Positions 61,013 to 64,000 of a stretch of DNA of 64,000 nt are shown here, one piece after another; positions within the stretch are counted from its first letter, which is position 1, and every line of letters begins with the position of its first letter. Position numbers and translations under genes: made by a program. The stretch lies in the NCBI GenBank assembly GCA_965238175.1, contig CBDEGZ010000003.1, forward strand, positions 608,001-672,000, read 5' to 3'. The stretch comes from Gammaproteobacteria bacterium (GTDB lineage: Bacteria > Pseudomonadota > Gammaproteobacteria > CAJXQU01). The notes below the pieces were generated by a model. It saw only the letters and a program-made list of their open reading frames with translations, was not told where the DNA came from and made no database searches.

Positions 61013-62116
61013 ATGGCAAGTCCAAGACAATCAGCACTCGCATCACGGCACAGAGCACTAGGTTCAGAACTTGGTGACTGGAATGATATGGATGTGGCGT
61101 GGGAATACGATCAGGATGTTAATCTGGAACACAAAGCAGTGCGTACAACTGCAGGTTTGTTTGATGTATCCGGTTTAAAGAAGATCCACATCACAGGGCC
61201 AGATGCACTCGCCGTTGCTGATCATGTCTGCACACGAGATCTAACAAAAATCTATCCTGGCAAATCGGCTTATGGAATTATTCTTAATGACGATGGCATG
61301 ATCACTGACGACTGCATCATGTTTCACATCAAGCCTAATGATGTATTGATGGTACATGGCGGTGGTACGGGCATGGAGCAGTTAATGAAATCTGCAGAAG
61401 GAAAGAATGTCAAAATAGAATTTGATGACGACATGCATGATATTTCTCTTCAAGGACCAAAAGCGGTAGATTTTCTCGATCAATTTGCAGATTGTAATTT
61501 ACAAGATCTAAAATATTTCCATCAGGTTCCGACAACATTGTTTGGTCATCATTGCATGATCTCACGCACAGGTTACTCAGGTGAAAGAGGCTACGAAATT
61601 TTCGCTAAGGCTGATGATATTGTGCCGATCTGGGATGCGATTCTAGAGAATGGAAAGTCTGAAGGGATCATACCTTGTTCATTTAACTGCATTGATATGA
61701 TCCGTGTGGAAGCAGCACTGTTATTTTACCCATATGATATGAGTGAAGAAACTAATCCCTGGGATGTGGGCTTAGGTTTTGCCGTTGCTAAAAATAAGCC
61801 TGGCGATTATCGCGGTAAAGCGGCATGTATGGCCGCTATGGGTAAAGAAACTACAACAACCTGGGGGATAATTGCTGATGCCGATACCGCAGTTGATGAA
61901 GGCGCAGAAATATTTGATGGCGATAAGAAAATTGGTTTTGTTACAGCCCCTTGTTATTCAACGATTATGAACGAATCAATCGCAATGGCTCGTGTCGATA
62001 AGGAGTATGCCAAGGAGGGTATTGCCCTGCAGTTAAAAGGCGATAATCTGTCATGTAATATAACAACTGCGACGATGCCGATTCTTGATCCGGAAAAGGG
62101 TAAACGAACTACTTAA
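61013..62116 (+). CDS. GcvT-family aminomethyltransferase, DmmD-like (THF-dependent C1 capture)
   Basis: SAL..RHRALGS.L.DWN.M..AW.Y, GLFDVSGLKK, TRDL.KIYPGKS, SRTGYSGERGYEIF; N-terminus resembles dimethylamine-pathway DmmD. Confidence 0.8.
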   Translation: MASPRQSALASRHRALGSELGDWNDMDVAWEYDQDVNLEHKAVRTTAGLFDVSGLKKIHITGPDALAVADHVCTRDLTKIYPGKSAYGIILNDDGMITDDCIMFHIKPNDVLMVHGGGTGMEQLMKSAEGKNVKIEFDDDMHDISLQGPKAVDFLDQFADCNLQDLKYFHQVPTTLFGHHCMISRTGYSGERGYEIFAKADDIVPIWDAILENGKSEGIIPCSFNCIDMIRVEAALLFYPYDMSEETNPWDVGLGFAVAKNKPGDYRGKAACMAAMGKETTTTWGIIADADTAVDEGAEIFDGDKKIGFVTAPCYSTIMNESIAMARVDKEYAKEGIALQLKGDNLSCNITTATMPILDPEKGKRTT

Positions 62117-62176
62117 TTTCGGATTAAGACTATGCCGTCACGGTTCATTATCATCTCAAATTTGTAAGGAAGAACT

Positions 62177-62936
62177 GTGAATAAAACGGAAGATATTATT
62201 AGCGGTTTACATACAGCAAGGAAAGATGGTGATCATCATGGATGATGAAGATCACGAAAATGAGAAGGCGATCTGCTAATAGCTGCAGATTATATGATAC
62301 CTGAAACGATCAATTTCATGGCTCATCATGGATGAGGGTTGATCTGTTTGACATTGATGCAGCAACGTTGTCAGCAATAATAGTTCAGAATTCAGTACCA
62401 ACTTTACTTTATCAATAGAGCAGTTCGAGGTGTTACCACTGGCATTTCAACGGCTGATCGGGCTACAACAATTCAAACTGCCGTTGCGACCGATGCGAAA
62501 CCAAAAGGCATCGTACAATCTGGGTATACCCATGCCACTTGGAAGTGCAGGTATCAGTGGCTCTATCATTCTTGCTGGCAAGGCATGTTTCGCCGTAAAG
62601 GGGCTTGTTAGCTGCTTGGCCCTTTTCAAGAAACACAACGTTGTCCAGCGAAAATGATAGGGTCACCCAAACGACTGCATGAACGCAGGAGATAGAATGC
62701 TGTCTGGAACATGCATCGAGGGCGAGTCCAGGCGTCCACACAACGGCGTTAGCCTACTTGAAAATGGCACCATAGCACGGCATCCTGGTTTGGAAAAATT
62801 TGCAAAAGAGCATGATCTGAAAATTGGAACGATAGCTGATCTCATCGAATATCGGATCAAGAAAGAACAAACAGTTTGTAGAAAACCCAGACATCACTAC
62901 CGACCGACCTTAGCGAATTCAATTTATTTGTTTATG
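62177..62936 (+). pseudogene. ribB: ribB/ribBA pseudogene with stops, frameshifts, an internal foreign segment and IS481 interruption
   Basis: Fragments GKMVIIMDDEDHENE, GDLLIAAD, INFMAHHG*GLICL, GVTTGISTADRATTI, ENGTIARHPGLEKFAKEHDLKIGTIADLIEYR. Confidence 0.85.
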
Positions 62937-64000
62937 TGTAGAAATTCAGATTTGATCTGACAGTTACCCAATTATCAGTAACCGACTGTCAGGTTAAGTT
63001 TAATTCACAAACTTTTCCTTCCAGATAGCTTGTCCGTCGATGAGTGTTTCCATCGGCGTCCTCCCGCAGCACATTTTGCCTTGGTGAGTTCGTTGAGTAT
63101 TGTATTTGAGCAACCATTCGTCAAGGTCGAGTTGCAGTTCATCAATCGATTGGTAAATTTTCTTACGCAAAGCGACTTGATAAAACTCATTGAGGATCGT
63201 CTTATGGAATCGCTCACAAATACCATTCGTCTGAGGTGATTTGACCTTGGTTTTGGTGTGTTCGATATTGTTCAACGCCATATAAAGCTGATAATCATGC
63301 TGGTCAGCTCGCCCACAATACTCCGTCCCTCTATCTGTCAAAATGCGCAACATAGGCAAACGTTGTTCTTCGTAGAATGGGAGGACGCGGTCATTGAGCA
63401 TGTCAGCTGCCGTAATCGGTGTTTTAGTCGGGTACAGTTTCGCGTGAGCGACCTTGCTGTAAGTATCAACAAACGTTTGTTGATAAACCCGACCAATGCC
63501 TTTGAAAGTACCGACATAGTAAGTATCTTGCGAGCCAAGATAACCAGGGTGTGCCGTCTCTATCTCGCCACAAGCCTCATCGTCGTCTTTTTTGCGTTCC
63601 ATCGCCGCGACTTGAGACTCAGTGAGGATCAAGCCTTCACCAGCTACCTTATCAGACAATGCCTTCAGGCGATCTTTAAAGCAAGCAAGACCATGACGAA
63701 GCCAGATACAACGAACGCCACTGGGTGAGACAAATGTTCCCCGTTTGCGCAGCTCGTTACTGGTGCGCGTTTGACCATGTGCGGGCTCTTCCAGTGCATA
63801 CTCGAGCACAACGGTTTCAATAGCCGGGTCGATTCTGTTTTTAAGATTTGGGGTACGCCGATTACGATCAAACAAGGCTTCTACACCGCCTTCATCAGCC
63901 GCTTCTTTGTAGCGATAAAATGTATCTCTGGACAAACCCATCATCTTGCAGGCTTTTGAGACATTGCCGAGTTCTTCAGCGAGATTGAGTAGACCAACTT
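62937..64000 (-). mobile_element. IS481-family insertion sequence, copy 2 (cut by the window end)
   Basis: Nearly identical to copy 1; one visible codon change (YEQQR vs YEEQR). Confidence 0.93.
63000..64000 (-). CDS. IS481-family transposase (5' end outside the window)
   Basis: Same protein as 44187-45221. Confidence 0.93.
   Translation of the reverse strand, partial: VGLLNLAEELGNVSKACKMMGLSRDTFYRYKEAADEGGVEALFDRNRRTPNLKNRIDPAIETVVLEYALEEPAHGQTRTSNELRKRGTFVSPSGVRCIWLRHGLACFKDRLKALSDKVAGEGLILTESQVAAMERKKDDDEACGEIETAHPGYLGSQDTYYVGTFKGIGRVYQQTFVDTYSKVAHAKLYPTKTPITAADMLNDRVLPFYEEQRLPMLRILTDRGTEYCGRADQHDYQLYMALNNIEHTKTKVKSPQTNGICERFHKTILNEFYQVALRKKIYQSIDELQLDLDEWLLKYNTQRTHQGKMCCGRTPMETLIDGQAIWKEKFVN

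Noticed and set aside
61013-62116. Glycine cleavage T protein (gcvT)
   Set aside because: No gcvH/gcvP adjacent, and the N-terminus fits the DmmD-like subgroup

Overview
Gammaproteobacterial chromosome segment with four parts. (1) 1-4.5 kb: core genes, partial gshB divergent from hemCDXY. (2) 4.8-23.9 kb: accessory region starting at a tRNA-Phe 3'-end (att-like) remnant that is repeated 2.1 kb later. It holds decayed helicase/primase and hipA fragments, an intact vapBC pair, a 1599-aa secreted Ig/CBM/FG-GAP protein, a 3331-aa protein containing two complete RHS shells in tandem, a probable immunity gene, and a RAYT transposase whose terminal repeats bracket an orphan fragment of an RHS/SpvB gene. 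(3) 24-44 kb and 49-62 kb: methylated-amine catabolism region with Amt plus a small membrane protein, a NarX/NarL-like pair with a degenerate PAS-GGDEF-EAL protein, a TorF-family porin, trimethylamine dehydrogenase-FadF-like-LRV-etfBA-folE2-HAD, torT/torS/torR facing an unknown secreted protein instead of torCAD, and a Tat-SBP ABC transporter with a DmmD-like aminomethyltransferase. Three of these units share a 35-bp NarL-type upstream motif. (4) prs-nadV-nrtR NAD salvage genes, two near-identical IS481 copies, several MITEs and a ribB(A) pseudogene. All calls come from visual motif recognition; no searches were run.
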